64,000 nt of DNA from Podarcis gaigeae. Lineage: Eukaryota. The DNA is taken from assembly GCA_964106915.2 (NCBI GenBank), contig OZ066918.1; one strand, given 5' to 3'. Below, one piece after another: positions 28,214 through 41,619 of this stretch. The position numbers and the translations under genes are program-made. The notes beneath the pieces were generated by a model. That model was not told where the DNA came from. It saw only the letters and a list, made by a program, of their open reading frames with translations, and did not search any database. The number at the start of each line of letters is the position of its first letter. Position 1 is the first letter of the stretch.

Positions 28214-30040
28214 TCTTACCCACCCTTCAGCATAAGATTCCAGATAGGGTGACAACAGTGTAAAAGCCCACTATTGTTTGTGGCTGTGTATTCTGCGTAT
28301 GTGTGCATGTGTGTACATGTACGCCTACATGCACACCATATGTATACCCATTCCTCTGAGTCCTCGCCCGTCCCTAAGCAGTTGACTTTAATGCTCCGGG
28401 TTTTCTTCCTCCTGAAAAATGTGCGGGTCTTTTATTGTTTCTGTAGAACTATAGAAAAAGAACTGAGAGGAAATCCCCCCTCTCCTCAAAAACAAAACAA
28501 AACACTAAACAAAAACTCAACTTGACCAAGGGGAAATAGCTGGGGATTATTTGCTTGGGACTTCCAAACAGCCGGTGGAGGTGAATGACCTCCCACCACA
28601 ACGTAACATATTTGCGTTTACTTTTTGTTTTTTTTGTTTTTTTTCCGCGGGCGGGGCAATGTATTCCCCCTTGAAGGAAAATGTGGTTTGGACACTTTTT
28701 CTTCTTTTATTTAAGAAGAGAGAGAGAGAGAATGAGACCTCAAAACGATGTTACAATGAAGAAGAAGAAAAAAACCGGACAAATTAGGAGCCATTTTCCC
28801 TGATCAAAGGCAAGCAAGCGAAAACGAGTCTGGGCATTCAGCGAGCTTGACTTATTCAGACAACTTCTTTGGAGAACAGGGCCAACAAGCGTGTCTTCCA
28901 TTGAAAAGGAGCCTCTATTCAGGATGCAGGTGCGAAGTGGTGCGGCGCATCGGGCACACTATGCGGAGGTTGTTGGAGATTAGTGCACAGCCTTAATAAC
29001 TAAAGCGCTTGATTTACATTGGGAGGCGGGGGGGGGGGGAGGAGAGAGAGAGAACTAAGACTCCTCATCCGTGAAAGCAAAATCATTGAACTCCTGGTCA
29101 TTTCGAGTGCTCCTGATATCCTAATACTTGGCATTGTTCTGCGGAAGAAGAAGAAGAAGAAGAAAGTCTCAGAGCATTCCGGATTGATTCATTTACAGCC
29201 AATGAACTCTGCTCCGAACTGGGGCGGGAGGTGACGCGGGAGGTGGTTCTGGGACAGGAAATGAAAGGGAGAGGGAGGGAGGTTTTCCATTTGAATAAAG
29301 AAAGCCAACTCCAAAAGATCCCTTCCCTAAAAAAAAAAAGGACTCTCCCCCCCCCACTATATTTGCATACAGTGCACCAAAGTCCAACCGGTCTCTCCCC
29401 CACCCAGCCTCGCCTCTTTCTCCTCCTATTAATATTCCTTCCAAGAACCAAAGAACAAACTTTGCCTTTCTTCTTGCAAATGCAATTAGTTGCAAAGACA
29501 AACTAGGCGAAGGAGGGAAAGAGAAATGGACCTCTGCCTACGCTGGATCGAGAAGCACGTGGGCTCGATTCAGCCACTCGCTCACGCGCACACACATTAT
29601 GGAGTGAATCTGGATCTGACCGAGGGAATTCCAAAATCCTTCGTGGAGCGATCCAACTGTCACCGATGAAGTCAGCGTCAAGAGCCCCGCTGCCCTGGGC
29701 AGAGGGAGACACAAATCAGTTTGGGATGTGGGGCTTGGACCTTTTAGGTGGTGGGAGAGCAAATGAAATGGAACGACCCAAATCCTCTTGTTGACAGCCC
29801 AAGTCTCGAATTGAAGGGCTTGGGATTTCAGCCTTTGACAGTTCATTTCTATAGCGGTCCCACCGATTTCAGGGGAATTTCTTACCTGCGAGGAACGAGT
29901 CCTAAGAATACCTACATATACTGGGTAGGTTTAGGTGACTTACTTCCAAATAAACATGTTGAGAATCGTGTTTAAGTTAAGCTGCACTTGGGTTTCTCCC
30001 ACACTGAACTAAAAAGGGTTGACACCCACCTTACACTAAC

Positions 30041-30180
30041 ATCCCACCTGTCTTCCAAGGAGCACGGAGTGGCGTAGATAGTTCTCCCTGCCCTCATTTG
30101 ATCCTCGCAACAACCCTGTGAGGTAGGCTAGGCTGAGGGACAACGACTGGTCAGGGTCACCTAGGGAACTTCATGGCATG
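30041..30180 (-). mobile_element. Squam3-like SINE fragment
   Basis: CAACAACCCTGTGAGGTAGGCTAGGCTGAG...GGTCACCTAGGGAACTTCATGGC. Confidence 0.65.
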
Positions 30181-30570
30181 TGAGTGCCTTCCTCCTCTCC
30201 TCCAGACTCTTCGTAACCAGACTCGTCAGGAGTTAGAGGGCGGGGCTTCGGGTCAGGGGGCGTGACCAGGTGTGACACGTGATGCAGCTCCTTTGATGAA
30301 GAGATATAGCAGTGCCTAGAATGGAGACGCCCTGGGAATGCTCTTTAGGCCGCCTTCAACCCAGTCGAGGAAATGCCAGTCGAGTATCTGAAAGCCTTAC
30401 AGTGCTTTCCAGCATATACCACCAGAACAACCCTCAGTTTCTTGCATTGGAGAAATAATGACCACTGCTTGAGGTCAGATTTGTTGATATTTTGGTGTGG
30501 CCCATGCCTGCGCACGTCTATTTAAGAGCAAGTAGAGATGTGTTGAATTGGCTTCATTTCATTCCATGTT

Positions 30571-30781
30571 TATGCCACCCTTCCTTCAAGGATCTAGAGG
30601 AGAGAGGGGCGCACATATTTCTCCACTTGCCTCTTACTGTTTAACAACAACCCTGTGAGTTAGGCTAAGCCGAGAGGAGGTAACCAGCCCAAGATGGTGC
30701 AGGGAGCTTCACAACTGGGTATGGGTGGAGAATCTGAACCTGGGTTTTCTTGAGTTGTAGCAAACAAGCTACACTATACTG
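30571..30781 (-). mobile_element. Squam3-like SINE, degenerate
   Basis: AACAACCCTGTGAGTTAGGCTAAG...GCCCAAGATGG...TGAACCTGGG...ACACTATACTG. Confidence 0.6.
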
Positions 30782-33700
30782 ACGGGAAGAGTGAAGTGGA
30801 CATAGGATTGCAGCAGCGTCAGTGTGGTGCAATGGTTTACTAGTTTACTCCCAAGTAAACGCCGTTGGACACAGCGGAATTTACGTTTCACTAAAAGTAG
30901 TTAGGATCACACTCTTAGAGGAGAGTGTTTAACTACAACTGGGCTTAACAATGAAAAGCATCTGATAACTCTCCTTTTTTAGGATTGCAGTCCTAAATTA
31001 ATAGGTTTAAATCCTATTTATTTAGCTTGTGGGCAACCTTCAGAGTAGACTTCAGGGGCGATCCTAGCCCCATTTACCTGGGAGCAAGTCCATTTGATTT
31101 AACTACTTATGAGTAGACGTGGCTACGTTTGTGCTGTTAATCTGCTAAGGGCCTGTTTCAGAAACTTTATGTTTGAAAGTTGGAACATATAACTAAACAC
31201 CAGCGATGCTTATTCCACAGCACCTCCTCCATCCTGGAACTGCCTTATGCCAGGATTACATCCAAAGGAAACATTTTTCTCTTTTAAAAAACGACAAATA
31301 ATTAATGTTAGTGGCCATCGCTGATATCCACGTTGGCCACCCATTTGAGAATGTTAAGAGAGGAAGTAATTTCTTATAAACTACCTATCTATTATAATGG
31401 AAATATCTACGGCTTCCCTGCCTCCCACCCCTCAATTTAAGTAAGAATCTTATTGGCATTTCCATAAGTTCTCCACGAGTATAAAAGCCATATAATGGGA
31501 ACAAGGTGAGAAAGCTGTTCAGCCTTGTTTCACCAAGAAAAGGTCGTAAGTCAGGCAATTGGTGTCTGACCTGTCAGGAGAAGGTATAAAGGCTTCTTTC
31601 ATTCAGTCGCTCACAATTTTCTCAGCTCTCACAAAAGTGTTTTTATTATTCTGTTTTCTTACCTCGTCCCTTAATTAAAAAGCTGAATGATTAGAATAGC
31701 ACCTGCATAATGTCTGGACCACGGCTGCATACTAATTCAAGAGGCTTTACACCTCGTAATTATAACATAAAATCAGAGATTGAATAAAACAGAAGGATTG
31801 TGCCCCTAAAGCCCTGCTAATCCCCTTTAAAAGAGTCTGCTGAAATAATTCAGAACACTTTCCGGAAGTTGGATTACCGTCTCTCTTTTTAACTTTGCAC
31901 AATGAAATGATATTTCACACTTAAAGGAGTGTCTGAATTTTTACAACTGTTCCCCCCCCCCCCTCTTAAATTGGACCGTTTCCTGGACGATTAAAAAAAT
32001 AATCTGAGGTACTCCCTATCCCCAATCAAACGTTGTTGTTTTTCTTTTGTGTGCTTGTGTAACATCCACCCACACCCACACACCACTACCAACATTTTCA
32101 AGTTTAGGAAAAATACAAGCAGTTGTAGTAGAGACCAGATTTATCAGGATGTTTAGCAGCAAAGCTAAAGCTATTGCTAAGGGAGAGAATAAAATTGTCA
32201 CGCGCTACCTGGAGATATATTGTTCTAGCCATATCAATAAATAAATATGCTAAAGAGTGCTGTAATATCTTCAAACTCGACACTTGTGAATAGATTCGGA
32301 GTCAATAAAACAATGGCACTATGTTGCATGGCTACATTTCCCCCCTCTTAAGTAGTTCAGTTGAGATTAATGAGGTTGATTCAGATGGGGTGGGTTGTGG
32401 GGTTGTTTTCGACGTTTCAGTGAAGAACAACTTCACCTAAGCCTTGAGGTAGTCAGTTTTAAAGAGGAATAATATAAACGGTTGGCTTATTATGTGAAAG
32501 CATCTGAGAATTCTGCCACCATTCAGTCAGACGAGAGTAAGTGTATTTAAACCGACTAAGCCACACTGAAGGCCAATGAAACAGGTAATTAATGAAGCCC
32601 CTCGCTTAACTGGGCTGTGGATCGAGGTCCCCAACACTGCAAAACATACAGAGAGAAAAGGGACAAAAATATTGGGAGAGAATGTAGAAAGTCCTCACGG
32701 TTAAATAGAAATCTTTTTTAAAAATGTATATAAGTAACTAAAAAGTGATCAGGTTTCTTTCAAGAAGGGATGGAGACGTTGGATCATTCAACAATTTTCC
32801 AAATTTATGCATTGATCGAGAGGTTTCTTCCACTCCCATGTTTAGGAAACGTCACATGAAATATTTTGAATCCATTCCCCCCCCCCAAAGAACTTGCTAG
32901 AAATCTTGCACGTTCTGCAATCTTCATGATTTATTTGCTCTTATTTGCAGAAACAGTTTTGAAAAAGTAAACCTACCTTCTTCAAACTGCATTTTGAATG
33001 CTACTGACGTAGCAGTGGTGAAGGGATTCAGCCAAGGTTCAAAGGTTAATTTGCAAAAGAAGGAACTGCCCTTTCAATATATCATTCAGGATCTATCCGT
33101 GAAAATAAAACATTTATAATGATGCTGATCATTTTTACATTGTTTTCACAATCTCTCTCTGTGTGTTTTTTAAAAAGAACTAATTACCACATACTGTAGC
33201 TGCACAATTCTCGAACTTTCTTTAGTTCCTGAACATGCATAGAAAGAAAGGAAACATTTTGCCCCTTTGCAAAGGTTGCAGCAGTTCTTTTGAACAAGTA
33301 AGAAGAAGGGAATAAAAAAATTCCGATGATGTATCATTTCTGCATCCTATCTCTATGGAATAGGGATTATATTATATCAAAATTCTTTTCTATCAAAAGA
33401 AGACTTACTCTTTGGTTAAGACGTTGCATGAGGCTCAAAGGAAGAACGTGCTTTAAATAGGTGTGTGCATGCCTCCATGCATTTTCGCCTTCATTTGGAA
33501 ATCACCATTCTCAGAAGGTAACCTAAAATAATGTGAGTGTAAGCAAATGAACATATGACCCAGATAACATGCTGGGATTTAAGTGAAACTGGGGATATTT
33601 CTGGTGCGCATGAGAAAAGTGGGGAGTGAAAGCAGGAGAGGACACTCGATCACCTTTAATTCCCTAATTTTACTCTGGTTTCTATTACTTCTTCCTTTGG

Positions 33701-36443
33701 TTCTGACGCCAACAACAGGCCTGATGTACGTGGGAACGCCACGATGCTAAGTTCACGCGACTGTGTGCACCAGTTGTAGCGTGCATCTATCTGACCTGTA
33801 ATACCCAGTCATCTCATTGGACTCATCCTTTGAGCACATTACATGAAATCCAGCCTAGGCTTGCCTCCCAAATTCTTATGTGTGTGTGCTTAGCGGTCAG
33901 TCCCACTTAGAAAGTTAAGCGTTAAGGTTTCAAATCTCTCTATTCTCATCGACATAATGGAATACTCTGGCTCTCAGAGTGCCTAGTCAGCATAGACGAC
34001 ACTGCCCCTCGTTTCCATTTGGTGTAGCTAGCTACTGGATGTGAATATACCGGGCCTGAAAATGTATAAAACACAACCCACCGGAGGAGCCTCTTGTCCA
34101 AGCCCCATTGAATTGTATGGGAAGCAGGCAAGACGAGGAGAGGGTACTCCTTCACTCCGTAGTGACACGACCATGGCCTGTGACCCGTCAACCCCTGGTA
34201 GATTTCAAGAGTTGTTTCGAACAAAGATTTCAGGAGAGCAATTCATGGAAGCTATGTTGTATGCCTGCAAACGAACATGGCATTAATTTCTCTGGATCTC
34301 CACGTAACACACTATACATACATCGTTTCTTCCAACAGCGCAGGGAACATTTCGCACAAAGTCAACTTAAATCGTGGCTCGCAACCTCTAACCCCAAAGT
34401 GTCCATTGGGTTCCTCCTGGCAAAACTTTCATTTCTGAAACATTCCTGGTCCTTTACTCGGAAAGCGGAAATGTCTTTCCAGGAACTGGACCAAGACCCG
34501 AGGGCCAGCTTCCGCCTGACATTCCCTGACACTACCTTCGAATCTAACCGTCTCAACGCGAGAAGCCTGGCGGCGAGGGCGGATCATCACCAATCCCCGG
34601 GTCATATACTTCTAGAGAGAAGCGCGGGCCATTCGTTTTTATGGGCATTCAATTAAAGGAGGTTGCAAAGACCCCGAAGGTCCTTTCTTCTTCTGCCTGC
34701 CTCCCGCCCCCAAGCCCCTCTCCCTTGTATAGTGTGCCTGGGCGGAAACGGGGCTCGGCCGTCCTGATTCATATTTCTAATCTTCATTTCCTAAAGATAC
34801 AAATGGCCTTTTGTGAAATGAATGGTCTTTAATTAATGCGTCCGCACAATGCAGGGGCTTGCATGGGGATCGATGCTAGAAAGCAACAGGGGAGGAAGCC
34901 ATCCGAAATGGATTGTCAGCATTAAAGGAAGAAAAAGGCAGCAGCGTCTATAGAAAGAGCAGGGAAGCCTGCCCACACGTCTCTCCCCATGTTGTCCGAG
35001 GGAACCTTCCATGTCTTGCTGACTACAGCCGAGTGTAATGATGATTACAGGGCTTCTGTCTGCGATTAGGGGCCATATAACTCTTGGCTTTAATAGTCAC
35101 CGACTCTCCAGCGTTGGGTTGGGGTTAGGGGGCGTTGTTTTGTTTTTTGTCGTCCTGTTTCCTACCCGCCAACCTTGCCGTCTGTAGAACAACCCACATT
35201 CCCCTCACTTCCTTGATCTCCTTTCCCACGTTCCACTAACCTGGTCTTCCTCTACCCCACCTTGGTCATATAGTTCGGCTTCTCTGTAGATGCACAGTAA
35301 CGGGCCGGTTGTGAAGAATGCAAGCAAGGAATGTGAGGAACACAACTAAGGTGGGATAGAAGCTAGAGAGGAGCACAGGGGGACTTGCTTCCGAACACGC
35401 ATAGGACTGGGCAGTCAACCAATCGCCCTATCCCAGCTTTACTCAGATCTAAGCACCGTTTATATAAGCACACCTTCCTTCCCAGCAAAAAGGAAGTGCT
35501 ACAGACGCTAGCCATCACGCACGTTTACTTGGGTGTGAGTCTCGATGATTTTAGTGACCTGTCCTCCTTTAGTGCAATGACAGCCCGATCCTATATATAG
35601 CTTTCTTGCTGCAACTGATTTCGACGGGACTTATTGTCGAGTGAGCGCGCATAGGATTCCGCTTCTGCACTGATAATATTTCCAAGCAGGAGAAAGGCAA
35701 ATCAACGACTTGCACAATGCGCATGTGCAGCAAAACGCAGTAGTAGGCATAGACAGCTAGCAGCGTTCGATAGATAGATAGATATATACAGTTGTGGGAA
35801 GGCGGAGAAATTTGAGGGGACTCATTATGGACTATTCACATTGAAAAAGGGATTGATTACTATCTGCCAGTGAACTAACTTCTTAAAAACAAGACAGTCC
35901 CACCCCCGCAGTTCTGGAAATATTAAAAAAAAAAAACACTAGTGTAGTAGAAAGCAGATATTATTTTCCTGCGCCAAACCATTTCTTGGGCACCATAGCT
36001 TTCCAACCCTAACTTGAGAGAATCGTTTATCATTTTCAAGGGGCATTGTTGAAACCACAACGGATACTTGATTTTCAAAGAATCAACTGGAAAGGGGGGG
36101 GGGAGAGAGAGAGAGAGAGAGAGAAAAGAGACAAGTTTTATATTTCTCACGGAGGGCTTTATTTTAAAAGTACAAATTATTTCTCCATAAGATTGAGTTT
36201 TCAGATAGCAATGATGTTTTCATTCAATATTCTTTTTTTTATTTATTTAAAAATCCATAACATGTCCATAATATTCCAACAACAATAATTGCCATTACAT
36301 CGCATTAGAAACCGACCCAAATTATACATGGTTGCTGCGTAGAATTGATTTTTCGTTTTGCTGTTTAGTGTACAAGTGATAGGAGGGGATTGTTAAAAAA
36401 AACACCTTTCGGAAATAGCACGGCAGGGCGAAAAATAAAACAT

Positions 36444-36449
36444 TTTAAT
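36444..36449 (-). terminator. Candidate distal polyadenylation signal ATTAAA
   Basis: Preceded on the minus strand by TGTA-rich UTR-end-like sequence (tttgtacaaattctgtgtagtgttattgtatc). An alternative AATAAA lies near 36163-36158. Confidence 0.4.
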
Positions 36450-36802
36450 TCATCTTTATAAAAAGAAGCACCGAAGCTTCGTAAATATTTAAAGATACAA
36501 TAACACTACACAGAATTTGTACAAATATCCTTTTCAAATAAAGAAACATTAAACCCCTGGGGGGAAACTGCACCTATTGGTAGATTGGAAACTGAATTTG
36601 GATTATAATCTTCCTTGTAAACGACACATGATTTTGAAATCAGTTTTTTTAAAAAATGAGATACCCTTATATACTGAAGTTCCTGTATTCAATGGTGAGG
36701 AATCATCCATTGTGTGTTTTCTTACTCAATCGTCCTAGAAGATGTAACCTGAAATTTGGAAAGTTCCTAGGAGAACCTCTCCCCCACCCCTTTTTTTAAA
36801 AC

Positions 36803-36955
36803 CAATACCATCTATGCAGAAGTAAGTGACACTGAGTTCAATGGGGTTTACATTTACTCCCGGGTAAATGTGTATCTGATTGCAGCCTTACAGCTCAATC
36901 CTCGTTTACCCGCAAGTCCCACTGTTTTCAATGGGGCTTACTCCTATGAAAGCTT
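36803..36955. mobile_element. Two tandem palindromic MITE-like copies inside the inferred ZIC4 distal 3' UTR
   Basis: AGAAGTAAGTGACACTGAGTTCAATGGGG...TTACTCCCGGGTAA...GATTGCAGCC, then CAGCTCAATCCT...AAGTCCCACTGTTTTCAATGGGGCTTACTCC. Confidence 0.55.
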
Positions 36956-39900
36956 CCTTACTCCGCTATCTTTTCCCACACCCCCTTTTAAGAATGATAC
37001 CAACGCCACGATTTTTCTCTCCCCCCCCCCCCCACTCCGTTTTGCTAAAGTCTCAACTTTTGGAGATCTCAAAAACTTTCTCACTATTTTGTGACATTTT
37101 TGTTGGCCTAATAAAAGTATTGCCCTAATACTATGGTGTGGGTAGGTGGGAGTTGCGTTGTGTTTCTTCTTCTGTCTATATTTTTCATTCTGATTAAGGC
37201 AAGTGCCATTTAAGCCTCAATCCCGAATAAATGCCTAAATTTAAGATGAATCTCATTTATTTCAAAGAAGCTTATTACTTCAGAAATTGTTTAGGACCAC
37301 AGAGTCCCGCTGGAAACATTTCAAAACTAAACACGACACATAGAAGTCATTATTATTTATTTCACTAGGACTTATTTCACATATGGATTGGAACTGATGA
37401 TGTACAATTGGTTTAAACGACAAATCCTTCTGCTAACTGAGGTATGGACAGGGTGTCTGCGAATTACACTTCCTAAAACGGCCTCCATAATGCAAGGCCC
37501 AGTATCTTCCAATAAACAGGCACCAGTTAAACCACTCTTCTTTCCTCAGCCTCTGAGCCAACAAAAACTTACTGGGATCGCTGCCAATAGTTTACACTCG
37601 GCACTTGGCTGCGACAAAAGAGGGCCCAACAACGATGCTACCATTTCATGGGGACCCAAAACTACCAGTGTGGCAGAAATGCTAAACTGGTGAGCAGTGT
37701 ATTCTCCAAGCCACTATCTCATTCCCAAAGACATCTATGGACTCTTGAGTTTGGTGTTGTTGTTTTTTCCTCCCAGTTGAGAGTACCAAGTTGCGGAGTG
37801 AGTGGGATGCTGTTACTTTTCTTTCCACTCGCTGACAATAAAACATTGAGACATATGGAAGTCATCGCTTTGAAGGCGTAACCATTTTAGTGCACTGCAG
37901 TAGAGAAACGGGCTTTTTAATAGGTAGTCTCAGCATTAACACGAGCCGAGCCTGCAATAAAGGCATGTACGAGCTGTTGCATTCTTTATGCTGGGATAAT
38001 GGGAGAGTAGCGAGGTTCAGCAGCTACAGACTTGGTGTTCATGGATGGCGTTCGTAGGAAGTTGGGTTTTGTGCAAAGAACAAAGGCTTGGGCAGAATTC
38101 AAGCAAATGAGTTCGGAATAGAAAATCCAGTCGGCCAGTTCCTCTGGGGCTGAGAAGTTCTGAAAGCAGAAGGGATCCTCTCTCGCTCTCGTTCTCCACC
38201 CCCCTCTCGTTTCCCCCTCCCCCCTCCCCACCCTAGAGCTACACGCCCCCCTCCACCTACAGCGAGACAGACATAGGCAGACAGACGTAGGTAGATGTAT
38301 GTATCTGATTGTATACTGGGACATTTTCTGTCTCCATCCCAACGTTATCTTTTAAGAAGTTTGGTTCCATCTCTTTAGAAACGGTCCCAGCTAACGGGGC
38401 AGAGGGAGTTTGACAGAGGGGAGAACAAATCGCTGACAAAGAACCTTTTTACGTTTCATCAGCGTTGTTAGGGCGACGAGGAGGAATTTCTCAGATAATA
38501 ACTCCCACTTCAAAGATTTTTCAGCTCAATAGAAATTGGACCATCCTTTTTTATTCAGCCACAAGGGCTAGCACTAAAGACGACTCGACTGTTTGAATTT
38601 TTTTTTTGTTCGGCGTGTTTATTTTTCCCCTATTCACTGGGGTACTTGGATAAAATAAACAAGAAGACAATTACTGGAACATGGACTTCTAACTTTCCCG
38701 GACCATGGCCCATCGCCCGTGGCCTCAGACTTGGGAGTGTCAAGTTCTGTAGCCCTGGAAGGCATTAAACCCTAATTTCTTGGGACATGGTTTTTGCCAC
38801 ACACCTAGGATCTAGTCCTTGTTTGTTTCCGTGAAAAAGTCAAGAAATTCAGAAGATTCCTCAGTCTTTGTTCTGGAAATGGCATCCCTTTCTACTTCAG
38901 TCTCTATCTTCAGCAGTGTGTGTGTGTGTGTGGATGTGACTGTGTGTGTTTACAAAGAAGGAAATAGTGTCAAAAAGCAACTTAAAGCCGCAGCATTCAG
39001 CAAGGAGCTAGACCCTAAGGAGGATGGAGTCAGACACAGAAATATCGAAATGTTACTTGCAAAGCAAAGATCAACAAATGTATACATTTATGAATAAGAA
39101 TATTGACACCAACCACTGTTTGGACCGTACTTGTAGGATGTCTTAGGGTTATGGCTTGGGGCGTGGAGACAAGAGTTTTGTGAGCTCGCTAGTAAACAAA
39201 ACTGGTCCACTACTGACTTGCTCCTGAGCAGTCCTATTCTAGCCAGGTGGGCTGCTTTGAACAAAAGTGGGTCCTCTGCTATTGAGTCCCAGCCCCAGAT
39301 TTCCATGGGTGCAAAATTTCACTCGACACTGGTAGCTCTTATAAAACCGCCTCGCCCCCTCCCCGCCCGCCCCTACTTCGGTTTCTTAATCGCAGAGATC
39401 CAAGATGCTGCAACAAAAGCCCTCCTTAGAGAGCAAGCCAGCAAAGCAAGCCAAAGGGGACGAGATGGAGGAAGTCCATCTCTGAGGAAGAGCAGATTGA
39501 ATGTATTAAGCTAGCATGAAACCAAAGGTCAGTGCAAATGTATCTTAATAGACTGTCTCGAATGGAGTGTGCCTCCTTTTCAAGGGCGCTTGCTATTGCT
39601 CCGCTCATTACCATAGCGATCCTAACGTGGCATGTTGATGCACCATAAAGCTCACACTTTCAACCCCCACCCTCCAACCAAAAAAAATAAAAAATAAAAA
39701 TCAGAGCCTTTGAACAAGGCCGGGCTTGATTAGACCTTTCTCCTTTTCTTTTCCCTCCTTCAAACCCATTTCCTCGCCTTTAGAAAAGTCGCCATCAAAT
39801 CCCAAAGGCCGTCTCTGATCATGGCCCAGAAGGAGAGAAACAAAAGTGAACTGGCGGACGGCGATTCAGGCGGCCCCCTTTTTCTTCCTGACATTCTTAT

Positions 39901-40014
39901 CCATTCTGATTATGGGCTGGAACAAGGACCCCCATTCGCGTGGGGGTTTTCTTGCCCCGGAAATTCGGAGGGAAAATATGCATACTCCACGTCCATCACG
40001 AACACAACATACAA

Positions 40015-40015
<1 letters not shown>

Positions 40016-40062
<47 letters not shown>
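40016..40062. repeat. (GT)n microsatellite in the inferred distal 3' UTR
   Basis: Seen directly. Confidence 0.95.
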
Positions 40063-40064
<2 letters not shown>

Positions 40065-41619
40065 TGTGGTTTTAGCACTGTTGGGGTGTTTTCTGTTTTA
40101 TATATATATGCATCGGTGAGGATGGGAGAAAGAAATTGAGCCGCGAGGGGATGGGGAGAAAGAGAGAGAATCTGTTAGACCTAAATATTATGTCCTTCAT
40201 GAAAAGACTGGACGGGCTCCAGACTTCGCTTTTCACTCTTTTTAAGTATGACTTGCCTATTGCTATAGAAATCTTAACTCACCATGAAGATTCACCGTTG
40301 CGAAGAAATACTTTCATTGTGAGAGACTGCTTTGATGTCTAAGGCATAAGATGCGGGGCTTTTCAGCTGCCTCTGTCTAGATTACCTTGAGAGCAACGGG
40401 ATAGACATCTGTAACAAGCAAATGAAAAATTAAAGGTGATTAGCCTACACATCCAAAAACCGCTTCTGCAAAGAAAGAAATCAAGAAGAAAAGGGAGAGG
40501 GAGGAGGAGGGCCGAGGGACGGAGCCGGGAGGGGGCAACCCAACTCCAGACAAGGTGGAAGCATCTTTCGCAGATGGCCTCCATCCATCCATCTCTACCT
40601 TCTCATTTCCACGACGGCTCCACTAGATCAGAGGGAGTAAACGAGCAGCAGCAGTAATGGCAACCAATATCTTGTTTTAATTTTTATCCTGAGAATCGGG
40701 ACGGGATGGTTATTTCTTTGTTTGCTATGTTTCGTCCATTTAACTCGGCGATCTATTAAGGATCTCTCGCTGAGGCAGTGAGAAGGAATGGGGAACCAAG
40801 TCATGCACATTGTTCAAAAGGTAAATAGGTGATAGATGGATTGATACCTAGATAAGTAGACTTCTATTATTATTATTTTTAATTTTTAATGTGAATGCCT
40901 GAATGTCACCAACCGCCCCATCTTCAGACGTAAGTGCCACGGTGTTCACACTTCACTGGGATGTCCCAGTGAACTCAGTGGAACTTACTTCCGAGTAAAT
41001 AAGCATATGGTCCTGCTGCACAAGGAAGATAGAGAGAAAGAAAGAGTTCAGAAATGTGGGAATGTTAAGGAAGATAGGGGAGAATATATTGTTTTGATAT
41101 TATCTCTCCTCACTCACGCTCAGAGCACATTCCCTTTGGAGCCACATCCCCCTGTGTGTCCATTCTAGGCAACAGGAAAATGTTGTACTTGACTGCTCTA
41201 ATAATAATACATCCCACAAGAAATAAGAAATTTCTGTTGGTGGTGGTGTGTGCATGGCTAACCCAAAGACTGGGCTGGACGTTTTGCTTAACACTCCTTC
41301 ACTGAATTGAAGGAAATGGCTTTGTAGAAGTGCTTTGGCTAATATCTTAGAGCGCCTACAGACAAATGGGCCTTTCCATAGTTTAAAAATGGATTAGAAT
41401 GAACCACGCCCCCTCCCTCATTCCTAAATATACTGCCTGTAAATAAGTTTCATTGAAGTATATGGGTCTTACTACAAAGTGATGCGTTTAGGGGCTACAA
41501 TCAGTAAATGAAATCCATACAGTAATATTTCCACAAACACCCCCCCCTGGGGAATTCGCTAGAGACAAGGACTCACATAGGGCTGATAAGAATCATATAG
41601 TTTTAGAGACCCCGACATA

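Larger units (their letters stand above)
36430..40408 (-). other. ZIC4: ZIC4 distal terminal exon (last base of a TG|A stop plus long 3' UTR); 3' end approximate
   Basis: Branch-like ggctaatc, pyrimidine tract and ttacag|ATGTCTATCCCGTTGCTCTCAAGGTAATC at 40408. The first ~240 nt resemble the recalled start of the human ZIC4 last exon. The 3' end is inferred from an AU-rich block and ATTAAA at 36449-36444. Confidence 0.7.

Noticed and set aside
1750-41500. CRISPR-like or miRNA-cluster reading of the dispersed palindromes
   Set aside because: The context is eukaryotic, the spacing is irregular and the copies are highly diverged, which fits old MITEs.
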